Positions 25,838-35,374 of a stretch of DNA of 64,000 nucleotides are shown piece by piece (position 1 is the first letter of the stretch; each line of letters starts with the position of its first letter). The notes under the pieces were generated by a model that made no database searches, was not told the origin of the DNA, and was given only the letters and a program-made list of their open reading frames with translations. The translations under genes were made by a program, and so were the position numbers. Source of the stretch: Ignavibacteria bacterium (GTDB lineage: Bacteria > Bacteroidota > Ignavibacteria > Ignavibacteriales > SURF-24); assembly GCA_025612375.1 (NCBI GenBank), contig JAAXKN010000023.1, forward strand, positions 3,810 through 67,809. The letters run 5' to 3'.

Positions 25838-26063
25838 CAAAGTTACGTGCAAAGAGGTAATGAATCACATCTGTGATAACCTGGGCGAGGAGCTCAATTC
25901 TCCAAGGTGCCTGGAAATAAAAGAACACCTGGAAAATTGCGGGTCATGCCGGAACTATTTCAACTCAGTTGAAACTACAGTAAATTTCTACAAGAAGTAT
26001 AACGTAAAGCTTTCTGATGACGCCCATGAAAGGTTGCTCTCGTTCCTTGGGCTTAAGGAATAG
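25827..26063 (+). CDS. Soluble zinc-binding (ZAS, zf-HC2) anti-sigma factor, RsrA-like
   Basis: The 78-aa protein has no TM segment. Its Cys8-x25-His34-x3-Cys38-x2-Cys41 pattern (TCKEV...EHLENCGSC) has the same spacing as I recall for RsrA. It overlaps the sigma gene by 11 nt. Confidence 0.75.
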   Translation: MENNKVTCKEVMNHICDNLGEELNSPRCLEIKEHLENCGSCRNYFNSVETTVNFYKKYNVKLSDDAHERLLSFLGLKE

Positions 26064-26110
26064 GCTGCTCAAACAAAACAGTATTATTATGAATAAATAT
26101 GGAGATGAAT

Positions 26111-26362
26111 ATGCCGGTATTTGAATATCGCTGCAGGGAATGTAACACAAAGTTCGATGTTCTGCACAAGTCACATAACAGTCAGGAAGAAGTTGTCTGC
26201 CCCAGGTGCAAATCCAAAGACAATAAGAAGCTCCTGTCATCTTTCAGCGCTTCAGTCTCTTCGGGCAGCCACGAGCATTCATTCGGCGGCTGTGAACATG
26301 GAAGCTGCGGCATGGCCGATTCCCTGGGCGGATGCCCCTCAGGCATGTGCGGGCTTAACTAA
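26111..26362 (+). CDS. FmdB-family zinc-ribbon protein with Cys/His/Gly-rich tail
   Basis: The protein starts MPVFEYRCRECNTKFDVL...VVCPRCKS (CxxC...CxxC) and has the tail GSHEHSFGGCEHGSCGMADSLGGCPSGMCGLN. I chose the start at 26111 because the family begins MPxYEYxC and GGAGA lies 5 nt upstream. Confidence 0.8.
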   Translation: MPVFEYRCRECNTKFDVLHKSHNSQEEVVCPRCKSKDNKKLLSSFSASVSSGSHEHSFGGCEHGSCGMADSLGGCPSGMCGLN

Positions 26363-26376
26363 TGAAAGGAGAAAAA

Positions 26377-26769
26377 GTGAGAAGATATAGAATATTTACA
26401 GCCATGCTTGCACTGGTTCTGTTTTATGGTGTGGGCTGCGCGCAGGAAAAAGAAATGGATTCTGCAACGAAGAGTGATATTACCGTTCAGCAGTTAAAAG
26501 AAAAAATGAAAAACGACACTTCCCTCGTCGTACTGGACGTTCGTACGCCCGAAGAACTTAAAGGCCCCTTGGGAAAAATTGACGGCGCGGTAAATATCCC
26601 CGTCGATCAGCTTGAGGAGAGGATCGCAGAAGTCGAAAAGCTTAAAGGAAAAGATATTGCCGTAATCTGCCGCTCGGGCCACCGCTCAAAAAGAGCGCAG
26701 GCAGTCCTGTACAAGCACGGGATAAAAGCCCTGAACGTCCTTGGCGGAATGACCGAATACAGGAAATAA
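26377..26769 (+). CDS. Single-domain rhodanese (sulfurtransferase), predicted lipoprotein
   Basis: The active-site loop is CRSGHRS, and the lipobox LFYGVGC follows a basic N-terminus. I prefer GTG 26377 because AAAGGAG lies 5 nt upstream. The alternative ATG 26362 overlaps the upstream stop (TAATG). Confidence 0.8.
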   Translation: MRRYRIFTAMLALVLFYGVGCAQEKEMDSATKSDITVQQLKEKMKNDTSLVVLDVRTPEELKGPLGKIDGAVNIPVDQLEERIAEVEKLKGKDIAVICRSGHRSKRAQAVLYKHGIKALNVLGGMTEYRK

Positions 26770-26783
26770 AAGCATGATTCAAA

Positions 26784-26809
26784 AACCCCTGTTCAGAAAA
26801 ACAGGGGTT
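26784..26809. terminator. Bidirectional rho-independent terminator
   Basis: The hairpin is AACCCCTGT-tcagaaaa-ACAGGGGTT, with an A-run before it and a T-rich run after it. It lies between convergent stops. Confidence 0.8.
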
Positions 26810-26816
26810 TGTTGTC

Positions 26817-27377
26817 TTAAAACCACACGGTAAAGCCTACATTAAACGCCACCTGGTTGTATCCGTAGCGCGAGGAGGCGCCTGAGGGGTTCAGAGAGAC
26901 CTGAAGGTATTCAAGCCCCAGATTCAGATTGCCGTTTCCAACAACATTTAACTTTACTCCTCCCCTTAAACCCCAGGTGAAGCCGCTTCTTGTCTCGCCG
27001 TCGGATGCGGATGCAAGCCCTAAGAGCGCCTCAACAAAAGGATAGGCTATGCTTCCTGTGCGGAAATTGTATGATGGAGCAAGTAAAAACAGAAGCGATG
27101 TGTTCCCTTCCACTGTTGTAATGCCGAAGGGGTTAAAGCCAAGCTCAAAGCCGTCGGTAAAAAAATATCCCACATAAGGCTGCAGTGAAAATACGGTGGT
27201 GGTGCCCCCTGTATTTCCATTTGTTACATTTGTGGTGCTCTGGAATGTGAGACCTCCGCCTAACTCAACTACGCCCGGTGAGGCAAACCCGCCCCCATAA
27301 CGCTGCGCGTGAGTAAGTGAAGAAGAAAAAAAGAAAATTACAAGAAGAGCTGCAAAGAACAATTTATTAAATGACAT
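26817..27377 (-). CDS. Small outer-membrane beta-barrel protein (OMP_b-brl/porin-family-like)
   Basis: The signal peptide is MSFNKLFFAALLVIFFFSSSLTHAQ. The body is Gly/aromatic-rich with alternating strands and ends in a C-terminal FTVWF. I moved the start to ATG 27377, which is preceded by AAGGAGG. Confidence 0.7.
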   Translation of the reverse strand: MSFNKLFFAALLVIFFFSSSLTHAQRYGGGFASPGVVELGGGLTFQSTTNVTNGNTGGTTTVFSLQPYVGYFFTDGFELGFNPFGITTVEGNTSLLFLLAPSYNFRTGSIAYPFVEALLGLASASDGETRSGFTWGLRGGVKLNVVGNGNLNLGLEYLQVSLNPSGASSRYGYNQVAFNVGFTVWF

Positions 27378-27495
27378 GATTCCTCCTTTATTCATAAAAG
27401 TATTATTTGATTGTACATAAAAGGGGGGACCGTGTCAATGTAGAAAGTTTCAGGTGTATAAGGCAGGCGCTTTGAATTCTTGATTGACGCAGCTG

Positions 27496-28137
27496 TTAGG
27501 GCGCCAGGCGGTCAATTTTCCATTTGCTGTCTTCTTTCGTAAACTGTATCCTGTCGTGCAGGCGGCTTTCCCTTCCCTGCCAGAATTCTATCACCCTGGG
27601 CTCCAGGCAGAATCCTCCCCAGTTGGAGGGGCGCTCAATTGTGCCCGACTGGAACTGCTTCTGGTACTTTAATACCATCTCATCTAAAAAAGCCCTGCTT
27701 GGAATGACCTCGCTCTGAGGCGACGCCCAGGCGCCTATCCTGCTTCCTAAAGGCCTTGAGTAAAAATATTCATCGGAGTCTTTCTCTGAAAGTTTTGCCA
27801 CCCTTCCTTCAACCCTTACCTGGCGCTCCAGTTCAGACCAGTAAAATGCCAGTGCGGCATGGGGGTTCTCCAGTATCTGACGCCCTTTGTGGGAATTATA
27901 ATTTGTAAAGAAGACAAAGCCCTCAGCAGCTACTTTCTTAAGCAGCACAATTCTTACCGAGGGGTGCCCGTCTTTAGTGGATGTGGCAAGCGCCATTGCG
28001 GTAGGTTCATTTACGCACGCCTCAATTGCCTCGTTAAGCCACCTCTTAAACTGACTGACGGGATCGGGATCTATATCTGTTTCACTGAGTTTCTTTAAGA
28101 TGTAATCTCTCCTTATTGAAGCCAGGTCCTTTGTCAA
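27496..28137 (-). CDS. pdxH: Pyridoxamine 5'-phosphate oxidase PdxH
   Basis: The 213-aa protein has RRDY near the N-terminus, then PSVRIVLLK, FFTNYNSHKG, QVRVEG and RLHDR, and ends in LAP. It has a TTG start overlapping the nudC stop (TTGA). Confidence 0.9.
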   Translation of the reverse strand: MTKDLASIRRDYILKKLSETDIDPDPVSQFKRWLNEAIEACVNEPTAMALATSTKDGHPSVRIVLLKKVAAEGFVFFTNYNSHKGRQILENPHAALAFYWSELERQVRVEGRVAKLSEKDSDEYFYSRPLGSRIGAWASPQSEVIPSRAFLDEMVLKYQKQFQSGTIERPSNWGGFCLEPRVIEFWQGRESRLHDRIQFTKEDSKWKIDRLAP

Positions 28138-28964
28138 ATGTCTTCCCTTTCTTTGTAATTATCTATAAACCAGTCTATGAGGCGTCTTGCAATGGACCAC
28201 TTCCCGGGAATTGCGGGAATTCCTTCAGGGCTGAACCATTTGAGCTCTACGATTTCCACGCCGTCTGCCCTTAATTCACCGGAAGCATACTCGGCAGTAA
28301 AGCCCACCATGAGGGAATCGGGAAAAGGCCAGGGCTGGCTCCCGAAATACTTTATATTTTTAACCCCAATATTTGCCTCTTCCATTATCTCGCGCCTGAT
28401 GCAGTCCTCAAATGTCTCGCCGGCCTCAACAAAACCTGCAAGCACGCTGTACATATTTGACTTAAAGCGGCTTGCCCGGGCCAGGAGAATCCTGTTCTTA
28501 TTGGTTATGGCAACAATTACCGCGGGCGAGATCCTGGGGTAGCTTACAAGCCCGCAGCTGGGGCATACCTTGGCTCTTTCATCGTGTCTTTCTTCAGTCA
28601 TGCTTCCGCAGCGACCACAGTACTGGTGATTAAGGTCCCAGCTTTTTACCTGAAAGGCACGCCCTGCAAGGGCAAAGAAGCTGCTTTCAAATTCTCCCAG
28701 GAGTGATCTAAGATTTCTGAATGCCATGCCCTGCGGCGCTTCCGTATCCAGCGGGAGTTCAGCTGTAAAGCACGGACTACCTTTCAATGTGCCAAGATAC
28801 TGCATCCTTTCGGGAAACATATCTATTCCCGCAAGATCCTCAATAAAGGGAATACCGATCCTGTTGCCGTCTAACAAAACAAGAAGTTCATCTCTCTTAA
28901 ATAAAAACCACCAGACGGGCCCATCCATGTTTTCAGGCGCTTTAATTCCCGGAACAAAATTCAT
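28134..28964 (-). CDS. nudC: NAD+ diphosphatase / NAD-cap decapping Nudix hydrolase NudC
   Basis: The 276-aa protein has the zinc ribbon CGRCGSMT...CPSCG and the Nudix box GFVEAGETFEDCIRREIMEEANI. It also has the downstream NudC-type SQPWPFPDSLM motif. Confidence 0.9.
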   Translation of the reverse strand: MNFVPGIKAPENMDGPVWWFLFKRDELLVLLDGNRIGIPFIEDLAGIDMFPERMQYLGTLKGSPCFTAELPLDTEAPQGMAFRNLRSLLGEFESSFFALAGRAFQVKSWDLNHQYCGRCGSMTEERHDERAKVCPSCGLVSYPRISPAVIVAITNKNRILLARASRFKSNMYSVLAGFVEAGETFEDCIRREIMEEANIGVKNIKYFGSQPWPFPDSLMVGFTAEYASGELRADGVEIVELKWFSPEGIPAIPGKWSIARRLIDWFIDNYKEREDI

Positions 28965-29019
28965 TCACAAATCCTTCTTAAAAAAACTCTATAAAAAATA
29001 ATATAACACATAAGCATAA

Positions 29020-29622
29020 CTAAAGATACAGATCCATAAAGACCTTTACTCTCGAAAAAAGCTCTCTCAGGCCGGTCTCAAAGCCCATAACTCCTTTAAC
29101 ATCCTTCGCGTTATAGCCTATTACATCGAGGCCAAGCTTTCTGGCAATAAAGATCGCTCTTTCATTGTGCCAGTCCTGAGATATAACCGTAAACTTCTCG
29201 TAGCCGAATAAATCCCTCATTCTTACAACCGAGTCGTACGTCCTGAAGCCCTCCTCGTCAGAATAAATGGCCTCAGGCGGAACCCCGTTTTTCATGAGGT
29301 CGATTCTCATATTCCTGGGCTCGTTATTAAAGCGGTTGCCGCTTACAACAATGACTTTTATTTTGCCCGATTTGTACAGCGCCACCGCGGCATTTATCCT
29401 GTAGGCAAAGTAGAGGTTCACAACCCTGGGCTTTAAGTACTTGCCCGTTCCAAGAAGGAGTCCTGCCTCATTTGAGGGAATTTTATCCAGGCCGTAATAT
29501 GTATACTTCCCGGCATAGCTGTTAATTTTCCAGTTGCAGAAAAATATCAGTGCAGCAAGTAAGACAATCAGCGTTCCAAAAGATAAAAGGAACGCTCTGA
29601 ACTTTTTTTTGAAGCTTTTCAT
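29020..29622 (-). CDS. sanA: SanA/YdcF-family (DUF218) membrane-anchored protein
   Basis: The 200-aa protein has an N-terminal TM helix. It carries LLLGTGK, YFAYRINAAVALYKSGKIKVIVVSGN, GFRTYDSVVR and ISQDWHNERAIFIARKLG, matching the SanA pattern. Confidence 0.75.
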   Translation of the reverse strand: MKSFKKKFRAFLLSFGTLIVLLAALIFFCNWKINSYAGKYTYYGLDKIPSNEAGLLLGTGKYLKPRVVNLYFAYRINAAVALYKSGKIKVIVVSGNRFNNEPRNMRIDLMKNGVPPEAIYSDEEGFRTYDSVVRMRDLFGYEKFTVISQDWHNERAIFIARKLGLDVIGYNAKDVKGVMGFETGLRELFSRVKVFMDLYL

Positions 29623-29686
29623 TATAGGCTGCGGCTTTTGCGAATTAAATCAATATAATTTAATTTTTGAAAAATAGCTTCACAAT

Positions 29687-30454
29687 TTAACCCTTAATCT
29701 TCAGGCAGGCTTCAACCGAAAGCCAGAAAAGCCTTTCACGCACGCTGGACTGATTCGACCAGTCCCTGTGGTCCCATTCCTCGCAGCTTATGTCGTCTCC
29801 CCCATAGAGCATCTGCCCAAACTTCACGCCGCGGAATTTTGAAACAGCAAAGAAGGCGGCGGCTTCCATTTCAACTACAAGGCACCCTTCGGCTTTCCTT
29901 TTATTTATTATTTGCCTTGTTTCCCTGTAAACTGCATCTGTGGTCCAGGTCCTGGTTGTTATATAATCAATTTTATTATTGTCCAGAGTATCCTTTAATG
30001 CCTGAAGGGCATCCGCATCGGCCTCAACTTCCCTTGAAGGGGGAAGGTAGTGGTAGGATGTTCCCTCATCCCTCAGAGCAGAAAATGGAACGACGATTTT
30101 CCCGCAATTGATATCGGAGTCGAGTACGCCCGCGCCCCCGCATGCAATAAACTTCCTGCATCCCAGGGCTATTACCTCCTCAAGTGCCGCTGCCGCAAAC
30201 GGGGCACCAACGGGAGAATGGAAGAAAGCAATTTTCTTTCCCTGGAAATCCATTTCATAAATGGGGTGCTTCCCCATCTCGCTGTTCAGGAGCTTTACGG
30301 TCCTGACATTGTTTTCATTAACTATTTTTTCAATTACGTCCCTGAAAAACGTAAAGACGCAGTACTCAGAAACATCAGCAGGCTTAATGATGCTCGTTGG
30401 CTCAAACACCGCTTCTCTTTCAGGATCAAACTCAAGTATCGGATAACTATCCAT
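29687..30454 (-). CDS. Nucleoside phosphorylase (PNP_UDP_1 family, uridine-phosphorylase-like)
   Basis: The 255-aa protein has GAPFAAAALEEVIALGCRKFIACGGAG, RDEGTSYHY and LVVEMEAAAFFAV motifs. Confidence 0.75.
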   Translation of the reverse strand: MDSYPILEFDPEREAVFEPTSIIKPADVSEYCVFTFFRDVIEKIVNENNVRTVKLLNSEMGKHPIYEMDFQGKKIAFFHSPVGAPFAAAALEEVIALGCRKFIACGGAGVLDSDINCGKIVVPFSALRDEGTSYHYLPPSREVEADADALQALKDTLDNNKIDYITTRTWTTDAVYRETRQIINKRKAEGCLVVEMEAAAFFAVSKFRGVKFGQMLYGGDDISCEEWDHRDWSNQSSVRERLFWLSVEACLKIKG

Positions 30455-30725
30455 ATTTCCCTTTCATATTGTTAAGCTTCTGCCTTCTGAAAGTAAACTG
30501 AATAAAACTAATTATGAAATATAAACCCGCAAATGCCTCTTTGCAATAAGCACGGCTATGCAAGACCGGGCGTGCATTTCACTTTTTATTGCACTTGCAT
30601 AATGAACTGAGATTTATATTTTATATATAAGCTCAAAAAAGAGGGATCGCTTCAAAGTTGATATAACGATTTGACCTGATGTCTTGCATTCGTATTGAAG
30701 TGTTATGTTAAAGAGGAGATGAGAC

Positions 30726-31157
30726 TTGAATAACGCAGCCAACACACTGTCGGCCTGGCCGCTGCTTATATATGCCGTTGCAGCTGTAGCTCTTGTAGGA
30801 ATAATGATAGGCCTGTCCTACGTCCTGGGGCAGCGCCACGAAGAACCCCAGACAGATACGCCTTTTGAATCGGGCATTAAGGTAACGGGAAGTGCCCGCC
30901 TCCGCTTTTCAGTTCAGTTTTACCTCGTAGCCATGTTTTTCGTCGTCTTCGATCTTGAATCTGTCTTTATTGTGGCTTGGGCAATCGCCTTCCACGATGC
31001 GGGATGGGTGGGATACCTTGGTGTATTGGCCTTCATACTCATACTTGCCATAGTGCTTATTTACGAATGGAGAATAGGCGCTCTCGACTTTGGTCCCAAT
31101 AACAAAAGAATTTTAAAGGCATACAGGAAAAATTACAGAAAGAGTACCAATATATGA
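30726..31157 (+). CDS. nuoA: NADH-quinone oxidoreductase subunit A
   Basis: The gene has a TTG start 7 nt after AGAGGAG. The product has 3 TM helices and PFESG...[19 protein letters not shown], as in NuoA/ND3. Confidence 0.9.
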   Translation: MNNAANTLSAWPLLIYAVAAVALVGIMIGLSYVLGQRHEEPQTDTPFESGIKVTGSARLRFSVQFYLVAMFFVVFDLESVFIVAWAIAFHDAGWVGYLGVLAFILILAIVLIYEWRIGALDFGPNNKRILKAYRKNYRKSTNI

Positions 31158-31789
31158 ATTCAACACCCATTTCTTCCGGCAATAAAGTAACTGTAAAACA
31201 GACTGGCAGTTTTGAAGGTGCGGTGCAGAAGAGCATGGTTTTAAGCCGCCTTGAGGACCTGATTGCATGGGGACGAAAAAACTCCATGTGGCCTTTTAAT
31301 TTCGGGCTTTCATGCTGCTACGTTGAAATGGCAACGAGCCTCACGCCTAAATTCGACCTGGCGCGCTTCGGGGCCGAGGTAATCCGCGGCACGCCGAGAG
31401 AAGCCGACCTGATGGTTGTGGCAGGCACGGTATTTATTAAAATGGCGCCTATAATAAAACGCCTCTACGAACAGATGATGGAGCCCAGATGGGTCATCTC
31501 CATGGGGTCGTGCGCAAACTCCGGCGGAATGTTCGACATCTACAGTGTTGTGCAGGGAGTCGATAAGTTCATGCCCGTGGATGTCTACGTGCAGGGCTGC
31601 CCCCCAAGGCCGGACACGTTTATTGAAGGCCTCCTTTTATTAAGAGATGCCGTGGGAAAGGAAGAACGCCCCTTAAGCTGGGTTATTGGCCCTCAGGGTA
31701 TTGTTAAGCCTCAGAAGGGTTCATTAAAAGACTTGAAGCGTGAGGAAAGAAGGAAGACCACATTCCTCCGCCCGCCCGACGAAATATGA
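31154..31789 (+). CDS. nuoB: NADH-quinone oxidoreductase subunit B
   Basis: The start overlaps nuoA (ATGA). The product has [14 protein letters not shown] and QGCPPRP N2-cluster motifs. Confidence 0.95.
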   Translation: MNSTPISSGNKVTVKQTGSFEGAVQKSMVLSRLEDLIAWGRKNSMWPFNFGLSCCYVEMATSLTPKFDLARFGAEVIRGTPREADLMVVAGTVFIKMAPIIKRLYEQMMEPRWVISMGSCANSGGMFDIYSVVQGVDKFMPVDVYVQGCPPRPDTFIEGLLLLRDAVGKEERPLSWVIGPQGIVKPQKGSLKDLKREERRKTTFLRPPDEI

Positions 31790-31844
31790 AATCCTTGTGA
31801 GATATGAAATCCTGTTGAAACACTAAATAAACAATGCTGGATAA

Positions 31845-33593
31845 ATGAAACACGATTTTACAGTTGTTGAAGAGCTGAAGACAAAGTTCGGCATGCTGGA
31901 ACTTGTTGAACAGACGGCCTCCGACGGGGTGCCTACAATCTGGATCCCCAGGGAAAGTATTGCTGAAGTGCTGCAGTACCTGAAAGATGAGGTGAGCAAA
32001 CCGTACAAAATGCTCTATGACCTCATGGGTATAGATGAGCGCGAAAGAAAACACCGCGAGGGGCAGCCCATAAGTGACTTTACAGTCATGTACCAGCTCA
32101 TGTCATTTGAACGCAACAGCGACGTCCGACTTAAAATTGCCCTTAAAGGAGAATACCCCACTGCTCCAAGCGTAACAAAAGTTTTCCGGAATGCCAACTG
32201 GTACGAACGCGAAGCATACGACATGTTCGGCATTAAGTTCGACGGCCACCCCCTCTTAAGGAGGATCCTTATGCCGCCATGGTGGGAAGGGCACCCTCTT
32301 AGGAAAGAGCACCCGGCGCGCGCAACTGAAATGGGACCTTTCCAGATGCCGGAGGACAAAAGCATTGAAGAGGAAAATGAATATGAGTTTAAGCCGGAGC
32401 AGTGGGGACTTAAACGCTCCAGCGAGACAACAGACTTCATGTTCTTGAACCTTGGACCCCAGCACCCCGGAACACACGGCGTTTTAAGACTGGTGCTTCA
32501 GTTAGACGGGGAAATCATTATAGATATTGTTCCCGATATCGGCTTCCACCACAGGGGGCAGGAGAAAATGGCTGAACGCCAGTCGTGGCATACATACCTG
32601 CCTTATACAGACAGGGTGGACTATCTGGCAGGAGTGGTAAACAACCTGGCTTACCTGATGTCTTTAGAGACTCTGGGAAAAATCGAGATACCCGATCGCG
32701 CAAAGGTAATAAGAGTAATGCTGTGTGAGGTCTTCCGTGTCTATAACCACCTCGTCTGGCTGGGCACTTTTGCGCAGGACGTGGGACAGCTCTCCCCCGT
32801 GTTCTACACATTCACAGACCGTGAAAAAGCCCTCAGCATTATTGAAGCCGTTACGGGTTTCAGAATGCACCCGGGATGGTTCAGAATCGGCGGCACCGCG
32901 GCAGACCTCCCGAAGGGCTGGGAGACACTGGTTAAGAATTTCCTCGACTGGATGCCCCCCAGGCTTAAAGAGTATGATAAAATGGTTATGGGTAACCGCA
33001 TCTTTAAGGCCAGAACCGTGGGCGTGGGCCTCTTTAATACAGATGAGGCGCTTGAATGGGGAGTCTCGGGACCTAACCTCAGGGCCTGCGGATTTCAGTG
33101 GGATTTGAGAAAAAAACGCCCCTTCTCGGGCTACGACCAGTTTGAATTTGAAGTGCCCACGGGGCAGAATGGCGACTGCTACGACCGCGCAGCAGTAAGA
33201 ATGGAGGAGATGAGGCAGAGCCTGAGGATAATTGAGCAGTGCATGAAAAATATGCCTGAAGGCTCATACAAATCCACTAACCCCCTTACCACTCCGCCCC
33301 TTAAAGACAGGACAATGATGGATATTGAAACTCTTATCAATCATTTCCTTAATGTGAGCTGGGGGCCCGTTATGCCCCCCGGGGAATCGGGCGTTGTGGT
33401 TGAAGCATTAAAGGGAATGACAAGCTATTACCTCATCTCGGACGGCTCGACCGGCGCCTACAGGAACCATATACGCACCCCGTCATTTGCGCACATGCAG
33501 ATGGTTCCTTTTATGAGCCGCAGCTACACAATTGCCGACCTGATGGCAATACTTGGAAGCCTGGACTTTGTACTTGCAGATGTGGACAGATAA
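31845..33593 (+). CDS. nuoC: NADH-quinone oxidoreductase fused subunit C/D
   Basis: The 582-aa single ORF has a NuoC part ([21 protein letters not shown]) and a NuoD part ([26 protein letters not shown]...[14 protein letters not shown]...VLADVDR). The fusion is the same as in the E. coli-type operon. Confidence 0.95.
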   Translation: MKHDFTVVEELKTKFGMLELVEQTASDGVPTIWIPRESIAEVLQYLKDEVSKPYKMLYDLMGIDERERKHREGQPISDFTVMYQLMSFERNSDVRLKIALKGEYPTAPSVTKVFRNANWYEREAYDMFGIKFDGHPLLRRILMPPWWEGHPLRKEHPARATEMGPFQMPEDKSIEEENEYEFKPEQWGLKRSSETTDFMFLNLGPQHPGTHGVLRLVLQLDGEIIIDIVPDIGFHHRGQEKMAERQSWHTYLPYTDRVDYLAGVVNNLAYLMSLETLGKIEIPDRAKVIRVMLCEVFRVYNHLVWLGTFAQDVGQLSPVFYTFTDREKALSIIEAVTGFRMHPGWFRIGGTAADLPKGWETLVKNFLDWMPPRLKEYDKMVMGNRIFKARTVGVGLFNTDEALEWGVSGPNLRACGFQWDLRKKRPFSGYDQFEFEVPTGQNGDCYDRAAVRMEEMRQSLRIIEQCMKNMPEGSYKSTNPLTTPPLKDRTMMDIETLINHFLNVSWGPVMPPGESGVVVEALKGMTSYYLISDGSTGAYRNHIRTPSFAHMQMVPFMSRSYTIADLMAILGSLDFVLADVDR

Positions 33594-33604
33594 AAGAGGA
33601 TATA

Positions 33605-34069
33605 ATGCTGAGCGAAGAAGAAAGAAAAGAAATCGAGGAGGAATTCAAACTCTATCCTCATAAACAGGCCGCAGCAATTGAGGCGATGAAAGTGGTGCAG
33701 AAACACCGCGGCTGGCTTTCAGATGAAAGCATGCAGGATTTAGCCCGGATGCTGGAAATTTCAGTGGAAGACCTCGACGGCGTGGCTACATTCTATAACC
33801 TTTTATACCGCAGTCCCGTGGGCAGGCATATAATTCTTGTCTGCAACAGCATAAGCTGCTACATATTGGGATATAATGAAATATACCAGGCCCTTTCAAA
33901 CGTGCTTGGTATCAGGTTCGGTGAGACGAGCCCGGACGGAAGATTTACTCTTCTTCCCGTGCCGTGTCTGGGAACGTGCGATCATGCACCGGCAATGATG
34001 ATAGATAAGGACCTGCACAGGGACCTGACTCCTGAGACTATAGGGAAGATTCTGGAAGCGTACAAATAA
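33605..34069 (+). CDS. nuoE: NADH-quinone oxidoreductase subunit E
   Basis: The 154-aa protein has the thioredoxin-like 2Fe-2S pattern VCNSISC...PCLGTCDHAP. Confidence 0.9.
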   Translation: MLSEEERKEIEEEFKLYPHKQAAAIEAMKVVQKHRGWLSDESMQDLARMLEISVEDLDGVATFYNLLYRSPVGRHIILVCNSISCYILGYNEIYQALSNVLGIRFGETSPDGRFTLLPVPCLGTCDHAPAMMIDKDLHRDLTPETIGKILEAYK

Positions 34070-34098
34070 AGAAGGAAAGGATACAGGCAGGGATATAA

Positions 34099-35373
34099 AT
34101 GGAAACACCTTTAACTCAACACATCCGCCAGGATGGCGCTCCTTTATATCTGAAGGAATATGAACAGACAGGCGGCTATGAGGCGCTCCGCAAAGCCGTG
34201 ACTATGCAGCCTAAGGAAATAATGGACCTCGTGAAGGACTCGGGCCTCAGAGGACGCGGAGGTGCAGGATTCCCAACGGGAATGAAGTGGAGCTTTGTTC
34301 CTATGGGTGATAAAGCACCCCACCCCAAGTACCTCGTTGCCAACGGCGACGAGATGGAACCCGGAACATTCAAGGACCGCCTGCTGATTGAAGGAAAACC
34401 GCACCAGCTCATTGAAGGGATGATAATAAGCGCTTATGCAATTGAGGCTGACGTGGCATATATATTTATAAGAGGCGAATATACAGAAGGCTCTGCAATC
34501 GTTCAGAAGGCTCTGTCAGAGGCGTATGAAGCGGGTTACCTCGGGAAAAATATTCTGGGTTCTCCTTACAGCCTCGAGATGCACATCCATACGAGTGTGG
34601 GGCGCTATATGTGCGGCGAGGAAACAGGCCTGCTTAATGCCTTGGAAGGAAAACGCGCAACGCCAAGAGCCAAACCCCCTTTCCCGCAGTCGAGCGGACT
34701 TTTCGGCAAACCTACAATTGTAAACAACATAGAAACACTTTCCTGTATCCCCCATATAATAAATAACGGCGCCGAATGGTTTAAGAAACTGAGCCTTACG
34801 GGTGAAGGAGGAACTAAAATTTACGGCGCAAGCGGCAAAGTTAAACGCCCGGGCCTCTGGGAACTCCCCCTGGGGACTACTGTAAGGGAGATCCTGATTG
34901 ACCGTGCAGGCGGCATGCGCGACGGCCTTAAGCTCCGCGGATTTTTGCCCGGAGGTGCCTCCACCGATTTTCTTACTGAAGAGCACCTGGACGTAAATAT
35001 GGACTTTACTGCCGTGGGCAAGGTGGGAAGCCGTATGGGAACAGGAACCATTATAGTAATGGACGACAAGACCTGCCCCGTAGGCTTTGTGCACAACCTG
35101 GAATATTTCTTTGCGCAGGAATCCTGCGGCTGGTGCACACCGTGCCGCGAGGGGCTGCCATGGGTGGAAAAAACTCTCCGCTCAATTGAAGAAGGTACAG
35201 GACAGATGGAGGACCTGGATATACTGGACTTCCACACAAAATACCTGGGACCCGGAAATACTTTCTGCGCCCTTGCACCCGGCGCCATGGAGCCCCTGCA
35301 GAGCGCCCTTAAATATTACAGGGATGATTTTATTAAACATATAACTGAAAAACGCTGCCCCTGGAGGTCATAG
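34099..35373 (+). CDS. nuoF: NADH-quinone oxidoreductase subunit F
   Basis: The product has GLRGRGGAGFPTGMKW at the FMN/NADH site, plus GEETGLLNALEG and the ESCGWCTPCREG N3 cluster motif. Confidence 0.95.
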   Translation: METPLTQHIRQDGAPLYLKEYEQTGGYEALRKAVTMQPKEIMDLVKDSGLRGRGGAGFPTGMKWSFVPMGDKAPHPKYLVANGDEMEPGTFKDRLLIEGKPHQLIEGMIISAYAIEADVAYIFIRGEYTEGSAIVQKALSEAYEAGYLGKNILGSPYSLEMHIHTSVGRYMCGEETGLLNALEGKRATPRAKPPFPQSSGLFGKPTIVNNIETLSCIPHIINNGAEWFKKLSLTGEGGTKIYGASGKVKRPGLWELPLGTTVREILIDRAGGMRDGLKLRGFLPGGASTDFLTEEHLDVNMDFTAVGKVGSRMGTGTIIVMDDKTCPVGFVHNLEYFFAQESCGWCTPCREGLPWVEKTLRSIEEGTGQMEDLDILDFHTKYLGPGNTFCALAPGAMEPLQSALKYYRDDFIKHITEKRCPWRS

Positions 35374-35374
35374 T

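Noticed and set aside
30530-30600. An inverted TTGCAATAA ... TTATTGCA pair and several TGCA-containing motifs upstream of nuoA were considered as a Rex/FNR/ArcA-type operator.
   Set aside because: They do not match the Rex box (TTGTGAA-N4-TTCACAA) or the FNR/CRP box (TTGAT-N4-ATCAA). The roughly 35-bp spacing is atypical for a dimer site, and I cannot place a convincing promoter relative to it. It is too weak to call without comparative data.
31784-31813. A 12-bp direct repeat ATATGAAATCCT occurs twice, 18 bp apart, spanning the nuoB stop codon and the nuoB-nuoCD spacer.
   Set aside because: There are only two copies, with no hairpin potential or known binding-site resemblance. It is most simply a small slippage duplication in a non-critical linker.
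34516-35288. Long antisense ORFs inside nuoF (192 aa and 155 aa on the minus strand). Similar antisense or overlapping ORFs lie inside treZ, the debranching enzyme, ubiB-like, nuoCD, norB and others.
   Set aside because: They lie entirely within genes whose sense-strand products carry unmistakable conserved motifs. Their translations are low-complexity (Arg/Ser/Pro/Gly-rich), and most use non-ATG starts. They are typical shadow ORFs of moderately GC-rich coding sequence.
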